A DNA stretch of 64,000 nt, from the NCBI GenBank assembly GCA_013265495.1, contig MU058289.1:2167451-2231450 (forward strand). Reading direction: 5' to 3'. The notes beneath the pieces are model-generated. The model worked only from the letters and a program-made list of their open reading frames with translations, had not been told where the DNA came from and did not search any database. This DNA is from Vicugna vicugna (lineage: Eukaryota). Positions 35,301 to 47,641 of this stretch are shown here, piece after piece. The translations under genes and the position numbers were made by a program. The stretch's first letter is position 1. Every line of letters starts with the position of its first letter.

Positions 35301-37149
35301 CGTCATCCGTAGAAAGGTAGCAGCAGCTCCATGCCCACACACAGGGGCCCCACAGCCTGCCTGCTCTTGTCACCGTGTGCACCGGGGACTGCTGGCTCTG
35401 AGGGTCCAGGGGCTCGTTTGCTTGGGTGACTCCCGTCTGCCCAGGCCCCACAGGAGCAGCTGTCCCGTAGCTGGGTTGGGGAGCAGGGATGCCCAGAAGG
35501 CACTGGGGAGAGGTCGACTTGGTGAGTCAGTCTGTGGCACTGAGGGAGCCTCCAGGGCTCCGAGTGGTGGCCTTTGCCCCACTGGTCACACCTGGAGGTC
35601 AGCACTGCACTGAAGGTCTGGCTAGGAGTGGGCGGGCGTCTGGGGGGATGCTCACTGTGGCACACGATCGGGAAAGTGACCGGTATGCCTTCCTCTGTAT
35701 CTCACGCGGAGATCTGGAGAGAAGCAGGAGTTTCCTGCAGCTTAGAAATCCCCCAGCCTGGTCTGGAGTGCAGACTGGGTGGGGTACAGGTTGGGGTCTG
35801 AAATGTTCCTGCCGTGGTGGGTAAGTCTGTGAGTGCGCACATGCTTGCACGCACGCGCGCTCAGTGCCAGGCTGTGGGGAGAGGTAGCTGAGAGTCAGGC
35901 CACAACCCTGAAGATTAAAATGAAGCAGCAGACTGAGTGCACAGTGGTCCTTGTGTAAACACCACCGCATTTCTCCCAAACTCTTCCCAAGGCTTCTATG
36001 ACTGGCTCAGCCATCTCATAGGCCTTCTGCCTGTGGGCTGGCTGGTCCCTGCGGTGCAGCCAAGGCAGCTGGGGAGGGCCTGGGTGGGCCAGTGGTGGCA
36101 GGTAGCCCAGGCCTGAAGCTGCCCAGGAGAAGCCAACGGAAGACAGAACCTCTCCTCCCAGCCAGAAATAGAACCAGATGAGTACATGTGAGGCATGAGA
36201 CGCCAGCATATTGCTCGGAGATGTGTAATATCTCCCCAGATGGTTTACATTATCACACGCGTTCACTCTGCCAAAGATGGTAGGGTCCCCGGTGGGTGTC
36301 CCCCGGCAGCCAGGGAGGAGGGATCCTGCGTTCTCGATGGAGCCAAAGTATGAGCGAATCCTCCATTGTCAGCGTGCGTCCAGAGGACGGATGGAGTGGA
36401 CACAGAGGAGCTGGAGGGAGATGATTTATGAAAGAGATGGCTTTTATCCCTGGATTCCAGAATGGCTTGAATCTGAATAACTTATACATGTAGGAACTCT
36501 GCGGGGGATTAAAAAAAAAAAGCAGAAAAAGATAGGGAACTGAGAACACGAAAATAGACCAGCCCCATGCTGGGCGTCGCTGGGCAGGATGGAGCTGGCC
36601 GGCTGGCTGTACACTTCCTTCTCCAGAAAGCGGATGATTCTAATACAGAAAAATACAGCTGAAGTCTTCTAGAATCTGCATGATAAAGTCAGGCTGGCCC
36701 AGGAGCTCCAGCATCTACCTTCCCACGTTCTTTCTGTGTTTTTGAGGAGAGTATGGAGACCCTGCGGGAGTATCGTCTGCCCTGGGGAAGAATCTAGTTT
36801 TCAGTGCTCTTGTGGGCTCCCTGGCTTTTTAAACAGTTCAATTTCTGTTTCTCTTTGAGATCTGCACAGTCCGATAGAACTTCCTGCCTGGGGGGTACTG
36901 ATGCAGGTTGTCCTGTGATGTGGTGGCCCCTAGGAGTCTGTGTCCCCACGCTCCTGGCTCAGTCCTGTCTGCTTGGGCCATTCCTGGATGTTCTGAAACA
37001 ACAAACCACAAACTGTTTTCCTTTGTTGCCTCTGAGGAGCCCAAACGAGAATGCTCTGCCCGCTGAGTGAAACTGGGCTGCGGCCCCACGAGGTTCCGCT
37101 CCCCACAGCTGCCTGCACGTGGGCCCTGGAGGACGAGAACCTCCAGCGA

Positions 37150-37200
37150 TGGTGGCGTCCCCATTTTAAAAGTGGAAAAACTGAGGCCCTGAAAGCTGAT
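37150..37200 (-). mobile_element. MIR core fragment
   Basis: gtccccattttaaaagtggaaaaactgaggccc. Confidence 0.65.
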
Positions 37201-39441
37201 TACCAGAGCCAGGACAGGAGAGCCCATCCCTGAGACCTGGGACTTTGCTGGACCAGTGTTCAGAGGCTCAGTTTCTCTGCAGTTCAGGGCTAAGATATGC
37301 CCCGCCCTCCTGGCCAGTTCTGGGGGGAGTGTGCCTCGGGCAGGAGGGAACCTGCAGACAGCTGTCGGCCCAAACACCCTGGTGCATCTGGAACCTCCGG
37401 AGGAGCAGATGCCTGGGCGTGTCTGCTCAGGGCCTCTCCCGCTGCTGCATACTCGGCTCCCTCCCCAGGCTCTCGCCCCAGGCCGAGTGAGTCCCCTGAA
37501 GTGAGGCCCAGCTGCCCTCCGCTGGCCCGCCCCAGGCATGGTCCCCCAGAGCCCATGGCTTTGAGCCAACCCGAAGTCCCCCTGCCGTGCTGGTGGGGCT
37601 TGTCCCCTCCCCCTGAGAATCACCTGAGTTGTTATCTAGTGCTTTTTGCGCTGTTGACACCATTTATGGTGTTTTGCGATTGGAAAAAGACAGGAGATTA
37701 AAAGGCGCCTGAGTGAGGACTTTGGATTCCAGTGGTATGTCTGGGGATCCTGAGCGTTCACAGTTTCCGCTGAGAAACCTGTTTCTGTGGAGTCGCGGGT
37801 GCTACCCTCCAGCTGCAGGGCCTGATGCCTTGCTCCACTTGTAGGGCTGGTCGTGAGGGGTAGGGGTCCCCAGAGACGGGCACACAGGCAGCTTCTGGAA
37901 TATCTGTTGAGCCGTTGTGTTTACCATTAGAACTTGGGTTTGGGTGAGAGGCCCTTGTCATGGGAGGCGTGGCTCTGCCCCTACCCCTACCCGTTACCGC
38001 CCCGCCCCACCATGGCCCCAGCTCAGATTTGCCAGGATTTGTGCGGCTGCAGACTGTCCTCCACGGGAGTCTGAGCTGAAGACAGAGCCAGGCGTGGAGC
38101 AGAGCTGGGCTCCAGCCGGTCGCAGAGGGCAGCCACCACTACCTCTGCCCAACCTGCTTCTGTGGTCGCCTGGTCTTGAAGACAGCAGGGGGCTGGGCCC
38201 GGGGCTGGACTGATGTCCCTCAGTTGGTTTTGTCACCATAAGCATTTTGACTTGGCCATGACCCCGTGAAGGGTAGGGGGGCTGGTGGGGCCCCTCTCTG
38301 TACCTGCTGTCAAGCAGCCTGCTGGGGTGGGGCAGGACGGGGAGACCCTCAGTCTGTGTACCCCACTCCTTTTATCCTGGGCCCCCAACTACATGGGTGA
38401 CCCAGTGGGAGCCAGGCTTGGACCCGGCAGCCCCTCCCTTATTTTGTCTCATCCCACTGTGTTGGGTGCTTGGGGCAGGATCCTTACCTGCCCTGGACCA
38501 CGTGCACACGGTCAGGCAGCAGTGAGGCTCGGCCCGCCGCACTGGGGCCCTGTCACGGGGTGTCCAGAGGGCAGGCTCAGCTCGGCCTTTCTCCTGACTC
38601 AGCAGCCCTGCCTCTCTGTCCCGGCACCGTCCTGCCTCTGCTGGCTCGTGCTCCCAGCTCCTGGCTTCCGTCCTCCACTCTCCTCTCCCGCCTTCTGTGC
38701 CGCCTGGTCTCCCCTCTGCCACCTGGGGATGCTGGGGGCCAAGTGGCCCCCGAGTCGGGCTTGTCTGGCTGAGCCCCAGGAAAGCCCTGCTGGACATGAG
38801 GGCTGTCCTATGCCACCCTCTCCCTGCCTTTCACTCAGGCCCCATGGAGCACACTGTCCCACCCCAGTGGGGAGAGGGCCACGCTCTTCTGGCCAAGGGA
38901 GCCCTGGAGCTGGAGCAGAGCTGTCAGCTGGGTTTTCACGGGGACACTGGGGCCTGTGAGAGGCAGGCCATGCAGCTCAGCCCACATCCTCTGTCAGGGG
39001 GTGCATCTGTCCTGAGGCCCCATCCAGATCCTATGAGCATTGCCCTGGGAGCTGCAGCCGTGCTGGGTGCAGGGTGGCCCCAGGACCTGGGTCTGTCAGA
39101 GTGTGCCGGGGGGCCTGGAGACATTTCTGCCTCTCCCTCAGGTGGGGTCCCTAAAGCCGGGCATCCAGAGGCCTGGCCAGCAGAGGCCATGGAGGGTGAG
39201 GTGTACGGGCAGTGTGGGCAGAGCCCGCCCTCCCTGCTCTGAGGCTGGAGGTCTCCCAGCCCCTTTGCTGCTCACTCATCGTGAGGAGACATCAGAGTCG
39301 GAGGGCCCCAGGCTGCTGCCTGCATCAGCCATATTTCGAGAAGGCTCGGGCTTGGTCCCCTTGTGCACTGAGCAAGCGCCTTTTCGGGGAGGGGGGTTCC
39401 CCCGAGCGTCCCACCTGCCTCATGCCCCGCCCTCCCTACAG

Positions 39442-39590
39442 CCTGTTCGACATGGGGGGTGAGTACTACTGCTTTGCTTCCGACATCACGTGCTCCTTTC
39501 CCGCCAACGGCAAGTTCACCGAGGACCAGAAGGCCATCTATGAGGCGGTGCTGCGGAGCTGCCGGGCCGTCATGCGCGCCATGAAGCCAG
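39442..39590 (+). CDS. PEPD: PEPD coding exon (human exon 12), 149 nt
   Basis: Acceptor cctccctacag|, donor CAG|gtgagg. Translates [49 protein letters not shown](G), including metal ligands Asp276 and Asp287. Confidence 0.98.
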
Positions 39591-42500
39591 GTGAGGGCGG
39601 GGGCGGGGCCTGCGAGGAGGACCACCTGGCATGGGGATACGGGTGGCTGGGTGGCAGGGCACCTCTAAGAAGCAGGACCCGCACTCTGCAACCTAAATCT
39701 ATTGTCCCCTCTCGTGTGTAGCCAGTAAGGTTCCAGATGGTGTCAGGTCCCCAGGGCCACTCCTGGGAAAGAGGGCTGACCACTGAGGAGGGACAGAGCT
39801 AGGGGTGGGGGCCCTCAGCCCAAGGCCACCCACGTCCCATATGACCTTCTCTACCTGCACATCTCCATGCCCACACTGGCCAGTGGGATGTCAGCCCCAT
39901 CACCTGTCTTGTCCCAAAACAGAGTCCACTCCGGAGAGGGCTTGGCCAGCATGGACACTGGCATCCAGTTGGGTGTGGAGCACCCTCTTGTTTGGGGCCA
40001 CCGGCTGAGGTGGGGTTGGTGGAGCCAAGTGTCTGGGGAAGCTGAGCCGGGACTGTGGGGCCATCTGGGGTCTGGCGAGACAGGCTTTGAAGTCTGGACT
40101 CTGAGTTCATGCCGAAGAGAGGCAGTTAGATTTCCATGAAGCTTTTATTCACAAAAAGAAGAAGAAAAGATCTCGAGCTCCCAAAGTAAAAGTCCCCACA
40201 TGTGGCCCCTCGCAGGCCCAGAACCCGATGGCTTGGCCTGTTACCTGATGGCCAGTTGTCGCTGGCCAAGTGCTCGTTGTGAAGGTCCTCAGCAGCTGCC
40301 GCCATCAGAGAAGGCAAATTGTGAGCAGGGCTTTCTGGACGCCCCACTCCGCCTTGGGGCCCACCAGAGGCCAGGGAGCCATGGAGGGACGCTGGGGGAA
40401 CACCAGGCCCAGCCCCACACCCTCCTCGCGTGTCCAGTGGGAACAGAGTTTGGTGATCAGATAAACCCACGGATGGGGAACTCAGGTACACCCCGAAAGG
40501 GGGACGATGATGGAACCCTCAGAGCTAAGCTCCTGATGGGTGGCAGTGTCTGTGGGACTTGCCTGGTTCAGTGATCACGGAAGGAAACAGCAGCTTGTGC
40601 TGGTTGCGTTTAAAAAGTGTGCCCCCCCCACAAGGAGGCGTTAATGCAGGCCCAGACTGTGTCCCGTGTGACCTATAAAGCCCAGCTCTGTGGAACAGGG
40701 GCACTTCTCCTTCTCTTCCCCTTACATCCTTGCTTCACACCAGGGAGAGAAGGAATAGAAGGTTCTGCTCAGCTTTGAACATCAGTCACTTAAGTGATAA
40801 ACATTTCAGATGCTACAAAAGGCTTGGGCTGATCAGAGAAGGTGTGTGGCCCTGGAGGAGGGCGCTGGCCCGGGACAGCCTCTGAGTGAGCCTCGTGACC
40901 TCTGTGCACCCAAGAGCCATGGAGGTCCCTCTGGGAGCATGGAGTGGGCCTGCGTGGAACGAGCCTGCCGCTGGGCTGCAGTACAGAAGGATGGAGGGCT
41001 GTCTACCATGCTGCAGGCTCAAGACGATGGGGCAGGCAGAGTGGGGCCAAGACATGGCCAGTGGTTGGTGGGGAGGGTTGGCGGAAAGTGGGGATTTGGA
41101 GGGACAGTGTCTCCCCTGGGGCTCTTTGTTCACCTCAGAACTCTGTCTTTGGGCCCCTGGCACTTAGCCCGGGCCCGGTGCTGAAATGAGGTGGTGGCCA
41201 AGGCCTGGCCGACCCCACACCCCCACCCACCCATAGGAAAGTCTGCTGGGGCCTGAGCAGGACCAGGGTGGCACCTCCCAGCTGGTGTCCTGGCCAGCTA
41301 GATTGGCCAACAAAGCAACCACAGTTCTGCTCAGAAAGTGGCTAGGCACAGAGAAGTCCCCAGGGCCCCATGCTGTGCTGAAAAGGTGCACGGTCCACCT
41401 GGTGCGTGGTCCTGGTGCCCCAGTCCTGTGGGACTGCCTGGCCATGTCACTTTGGATGTAGTCATTGGGCCTCAGGCCCAGCCAGGCCACACTCAGCTGA
41501 GCTGGTCCCTGCAGACTGTGGGGCAGGGCCCCCCTCCGCCCCCACCAGCACACTGCGGGCACAGACCTGACCTGGACTGGGGCCTCGAGGTTCCCTTGGG
41601 TGCGGAGATAGAGCAGAGCCCCCACAGAACCCCTCCACCCCCTACCTAGTATGTTAAGATTGTGACATACTGTTCCCTGCGGGTCACATGCGGTGCAGGC
41701 CCGGCGGGGTGGGGGTCCTGTGCCCACAGAGCTGCTCTCAGATGGGGGTGGGTCGCCTCCCCATAGCAGCGCGGAGGCCGTGGCCAGGTCAGCCCCATGC
41801 CCTGACCTAGCGGAAATGCCCCTGGTTTGTGGGTTCGGCTCCCGGGCCAAGACAAACACCCACTGAGACTGCAGGACTGCTTCCTGCGCCGTCCAGGGAA
41901 GAGTAAATAAAGACAGCCGGGGTCACAGCAAGATGCCCAGAGGAGAGGCAGAGGCGAGTGCCGAGTACACGGATCCTGGGGTACGGCCCTGGAGTCGTGG
42001 AAGGCAGGCCTGGGGTCCGAGGGGCGCGCCCGTCCCTCACCGCCACTCAAAGACGGCCAGGGCGGAGGGCTGGGCGCACTCAGGGACCACACGAGGGTGG
42101 GCAGGGATGGTCTGGGCAACTGCGGCACCTGGGAGACCGCTACCCGCACCGGCCCTGCGGGAGGGGACCCCGTGGGTCTGCGCTGGCTTCCAGCTGGGTG
42201 GAACTGAAACTCTCCAAGGCTTCCATGTCAGGGCAGGCGACCACCCGTGCAGACCTCCTGTCTCCACAGGCACACAGAGAGACCCCTGGCCCTCAGGAGG
42301 GGAGGAGGTGCTGTAGGGAGCACTGGCACCAGAGGTGGAGTCGGCTGGCCACAGGCAGGGCCATTCTGCAGACTGTCCCTCCAGCCACCATGAAACACTG
42401 AGGTCACCTCTAAGCACCCAGGCCTCTTGTAGCCTTGCACTTCAGCACCCAGTGCCAGTGTGTCTCTCTCTCCTCACCTGCCCATCCCGGCCTCCCTCTC

Positions 42501-45500
42501 CTAGGGCTGTGGGTTCCCACCCTCCTGAACCCCCAACTCGAGCCCCCACCTAGGCGCCACAGACTGCATGTTTGCCCCAGGAGCCCCACTCATCATGGTC
42601 TGTGTGAGCAGCCCATCCATCATGCTGTGCACAACCCGTGTAGTTGTTTGCAGGTGTCCCCACCTCCTAGCTCTGCTCCTGGTGTCAGGGTGCCAGCCAC
42701 TTCTGGCGGGGCAGGGAGGTTCTTGGCAGTGGGAGGTGCCCCCTCCCCAGAGTGGGCCAGACAGCTGGAGGGGATGCTGTTAGAGCCACCAGGTAACCAG
42801 GCTGGAGAAGGGCACCAGGAGCTGCCCTGGTCCACATGGGGCAGGGGTTGCAGTGGCTGGACTCCCCTTAGGCCTCTCCTTAGAGGTGATGTGGAATGCA
42901 GGGGACCGGTAGGCAAAGGTGCAGGGACAGTGCGCCATCTAGACCATAGGCACCCTCTGGAAGAAGCGAGGACAGGGAGGGCTGTGTTTGGTGAGGGTCC
43001 TGTGTCCCCTCTCTGGTCTGTGAGGCTCCCCTGCTGGCTGAAAGGCAGTGGGCAAGTTCCCACCCTCCCTGGCCCCTCTGCTACAGTGTCGGGGGAGGGA
43101 CCACATGGAGCCTGGGTGAGGCAGCCACGCTCAATTCAGCATCAAGGCGCCAGCAGCCCAGGCGCGAGCTGCCCCTGCTCTTCTGCAGGGTGAGTGGGTC
43201 TCCAGAGGTCCTGGCAGCAGACAAGGGTGTGTGGTGGGATGGACTGGAGGTCCTCAGCCCCGCGCCAGCTTGGCCTGCCAGACAGCTCCCTGCAGCCCGC
43301 GGGGCCTGCCCTGGGTCCCCTACCCTGAGCCTTCTCGCCTACACCCCCACGGCCTGGCGCGCTACCATCCCCCGAGGGCCATTGTCTTCCAGTGAAGTGA
43401 GTTCTTTGTCTGGAAGTGGCTGTGAAGATGTAGCTCAAGGGGCCCTCTGCTGCCTTCCAGGCTCGGCTCAGGGCCTCGGAGCCCCCAGGGCTGTCACACT
43501 CTGGGCAGGAGGCCTCAAGGCTGTGATGGATGCTGCTGAGGCTCCGAGGAACTGGCCCAGGCAGCAGGCCCAGCAGGCTCCCGGCCCAGCAGGGGAAGGT
43601 GTGGCCAGAGGGGGCCAGGTGGGCACGGAAGACCAGCCAGTGCCTTGGGGCCGCTATGGAGAGAGATATATATACAGTGGGGCCTGGGCACCAGGGCTCT
43701 AGTCCCTCTGAGCCAGTGGGTAGGTGATGGGGCGCAAACCCAGATGCTACGCTGCCACTCTGGGGGTCTAAGTGCACAGAGGAACTGAGTTGGGGGCACA
43801 CCGGAATCCTGGGCCCATGAGGTCACAGCACTGACTGCGAGAGCACCACGAGGGAGGCTGGGGCTCCCCCTCCGGCCACACCCCAGGCTCGGAGGGCAGA
43901 GCATAGGCTTAGCTCTGGTAGCACAGGAAGGGGCGGTCAGGGAGGGCTGCCTGGAGAAAGCCTCAACACAGAGGTCCACAGGAGGAATGGGAGTGAGGCT
44001 GGGAAGGTGAGGTCCTCGGAGGGGTCCCAGCTAAGGGCACGGCAGGTGGAAGGCATGGGGACACCAGCACTCAGAGCCCTTGGCCCAGGACTGGGTGGAG
44101 AGGGAGGCCCGGCGGAGGAGCTGGGGGCTCTGACCTCGGGGCGGGGACTGGCCCAGTCTGACCCAAGTTCTAAAGAGATGTCTGGTGTCCCGGCCTTGTG
44201 CAAGGTGCAGTGGGGGTGAGACCTTGTGAAGACTTGAGAGGAAACTGGGGTCCAGGAGCCGTCCAGGAGAGGGGGGCCCACAGAGGCGCCGGGCTCAGGA
44301 GGAATTTCAGGAAGACGGGACAAGATTTGGTGCTTGCTGGAGGGGGGAGGGCAGGCCGGGCAGATAGCGCCCAGTTTCTGCCGTGGCGTACCCAGCATGA
44401 GTAGGCTTGGGGGACCACCGATGCCTCCGGCTGGGCGTGCGGGCTCCAAGGTGCAGAGGCTGAGGGGCCTGGGCATTAGGCGGGCAGGGAGGCCCCCTGG
44501 TCTGTGCCCGCCCCTCCAGCCTAGCCCAAGGACAGTAACCTCCACACACTTCAGGGGCCCCTGCCCTGGCCATGGGTGTCGTAACCACCATCCGGGCCAG
44601 ACGCTGGGGCCAAGTTGCTGGAGGTTTAATCACTGTCACAACCCTAACCACACACAGGCAGAAACTCCCACTCCCGGCCAAGAGAGCTGTGTGCAAGGCC
44701 TTCCCCAGGGCGTGCAGGCGAGGAGGACTAGAGGCGCCGTGGGGACCGCGCGGCCCGCACGTCCGGCCCCAGCGAGGGGCCACGAGGACAGGAGGGGAGG
44801 CGAGCTGCCAGCACGGAGCTTGATTTATACCTGGTTCCCACCCTCTGCCGAGGACGGGCCGAGGCCGCAGCCCCGCCGTGGAAGTTCGCCAGGTTTGAAG
44901 TCAGGCTCTTCCCGGGCCTCTCCCTTGGTGACCAGAAAAGGCCCTGCCCAGGAGAGATGGAGCTGCGCTGGGGCTAGGGCATCAGCCCTTTCTCGATCCC
45001 AGGGGCCAGGCTGAGTGACAGGAGCTGAGTTCAGCGGCTGTTTGGGGGCTCTTTCAGGCCCCGAGTCCTGGGCAGGAGCAGGCCTTAGGGAGAAGCGTGC
45101 CGTGGTCACTCCTGAACCAGCAGTCGCTCCGCCAGGCCCCAGCGTGCCTGTGGGAGGCAGCCGCCCTTCTGGTGGGGAGACCCGAGAAACAAGTAAGCAC
45201 ACCTGTGCAGGGAACAGGCTGCAAGGAGAGAAGTAGCCAGGACAGCAGAGAGAGACCGACATTTGCGCTGAAACCCCAAGGGTGAGGAGTCGCAGGCCAG
45301 CAGGGTCTGCAAAGGGTCTGTGCAGAGAGACCTCAGTGTGCTCTGGAACAGAGGTGGCCTGGTCCAGGGAGGGTGGAGAAGAGCAGCGGCCAAGGCTGGG
45401 GCAGGCTTGGCTTGTGGCCTAGGAACGCAGTGTCGACCCCAGAGTCTGGCTGACCACAAATGGTGGGTAAACAGTAGCTAATGACGGTTTGGGGGGAATG

Positions 45501-47359
45501 CTGACCTGGTTCCCCAGTAGATGCCGGAGCCTCAGCAGCCAGCTTTCCAAGGCCAGCATTGTGGCCATGTTTGACAAAGGGGCATCTGAGGCTCACAGAG
45601 GTCCCACAGCAGGTGTGCAGGCAAGCTGAAACCCAGTTATCTATGTCTCCACTTCAGGATGCCAGACCATTAGAGAAAGGCCCCATCCTGCCTCTACCCT
45701 CAGGGCTGCAGACTTGGCTCTTTATGCTGCTACGGTCAGAGCCAGACTCCAGTCCCACTTCATCGCATCCTGGACTGGGGCAGGTGGAACAGGGCTGGAC
45801 TCGGGAGCTGGGCTCCAAGGAGGCGGTATCTAGGGACAAGACCTGGCATCCTCTACCCTTGACCTCCCTGCACCTTGGGCCATGGGCTGGCCACTGCCCT
45901 GTGAACTGGCCAGGGTGCAGCACCACCAACCTGCTTGGTGCCTGGATCCTGGTGATACTGGAGGTTGGATCAGCCCTGGGCACCCACCAGCCCAAGACCC
46001 CAGTGGTGGACCCGCTGTCTGGCAGGGAAGGGGCCCCACGTGAGGGACTGGTGCGCAGCGAGAGCGCCTGAGAAGGGAGGGCCTTTGTCCCAGGGTGGGC
46101 TCTCATCTCTATCTCTTGGGCCCGTCATCTGCCCTCTGTGAGCCCCAGAGGATCAGACCCTGGTGGCCTAACCCTCACTGGCTTAGGGTCCAGCAAAGCC
46201 CTGAGGTGCGGAATCCCTGTGCTCCCCTCTTGCAGTGACAACCCTCAGTGATGGGGTGACGGGGGACATGGGGGCCAGGGCAAGGCTGGGAGGGCCCTGG
46301 GGAGCCAGTGTTACTGCCCACATGGAGGGGGCTGCAGGGACTAGCACTGGCCATTGTCTTTGGGTACAGATCCCACCCTGTCCGCCTAGCCCTGAGTGTC
46401 CCAGGCCACTGGCCTTGGCCAGCACACAGCCTGCCTCCACCTGAGCCCTCGCAGAGTGTGGTAGGGAGCTTTGCTAGCAGAGGTCCTTGTCTGGTGCTTA
46501 GGCTGAGCGCCCAGTGCCCTAGAGCGAGGCTGAAGGTGGGGGCTCCAAGAACCCAGTGGGCAGGGCTGTTGTTCCCTGGGGACAGTCAAGGCCAAGGCTC
46601 TTTGAAGGCGGCTCTTTGTGAGCCCTAGGCTCCAGCCTGCAAGGGCCTTCCCCGAGGCAGGGCAGAGCCTCTGAGCCCCACAGAGCCTGCCTGCCTCAAA
46701 GCTTGCCTGGGAACGCTCTCCATGCTGACCTTTGCCCCAGAAACACGGGGGCAAAGATGAGTTTGATTAGCAGTCTGGGGCTTGGACAGCTGGGCTGCCA
46801 TGGAGATGGTCACCTGGCGCTTGTAGCAGACACGGCCACAGACCCCTGCCAGTTACCCTGTGAGGCTGTGCCAGCTGCACCTCCACCCCAGAAAGCTTTG
46901 CTCCCCAGGGTGACTCCAAGGTTGATGCAGCCACAGGTTGGGGTGTGCAGGGAAGCCCCCTCCTCCACCCCTGGCCTGCGGCAGCATTTGGACCTGACCC
47001 TTGGTCTGGGGCTCACTGAGGCTGCCCCAGGTCCACTGTTGGGGTCATCGCTTTTCTCCTCTTGATGCCCAAAGATCTTGCTGGGCTCCCCTGGCTCCAG
47101 GGGCAGACCCGACATGGGCTGGGCCCCTGTGGGGAGCAGGCATTTGGGATGCCCCCGGCCATGGGCGACAGGAGCCTACCCCTGAGGGCACAATGGAGGG
47201 AGAGTCCAGAGCTGTGGCTGGGGAAGCCTGGGGGCCCACTTGGGACGCATCACTCTTGGCCCTCGCCTCAGCCAGCGCAAAGACTTTGTGTCCCCTTTGA
47301 AACTTCGCAAGCCCTGGCCAGTCTGCCAGACTTCACAGCTCATCACACCCTCCTTTTGA

Positions 47360-47641
<282 letters not shown>

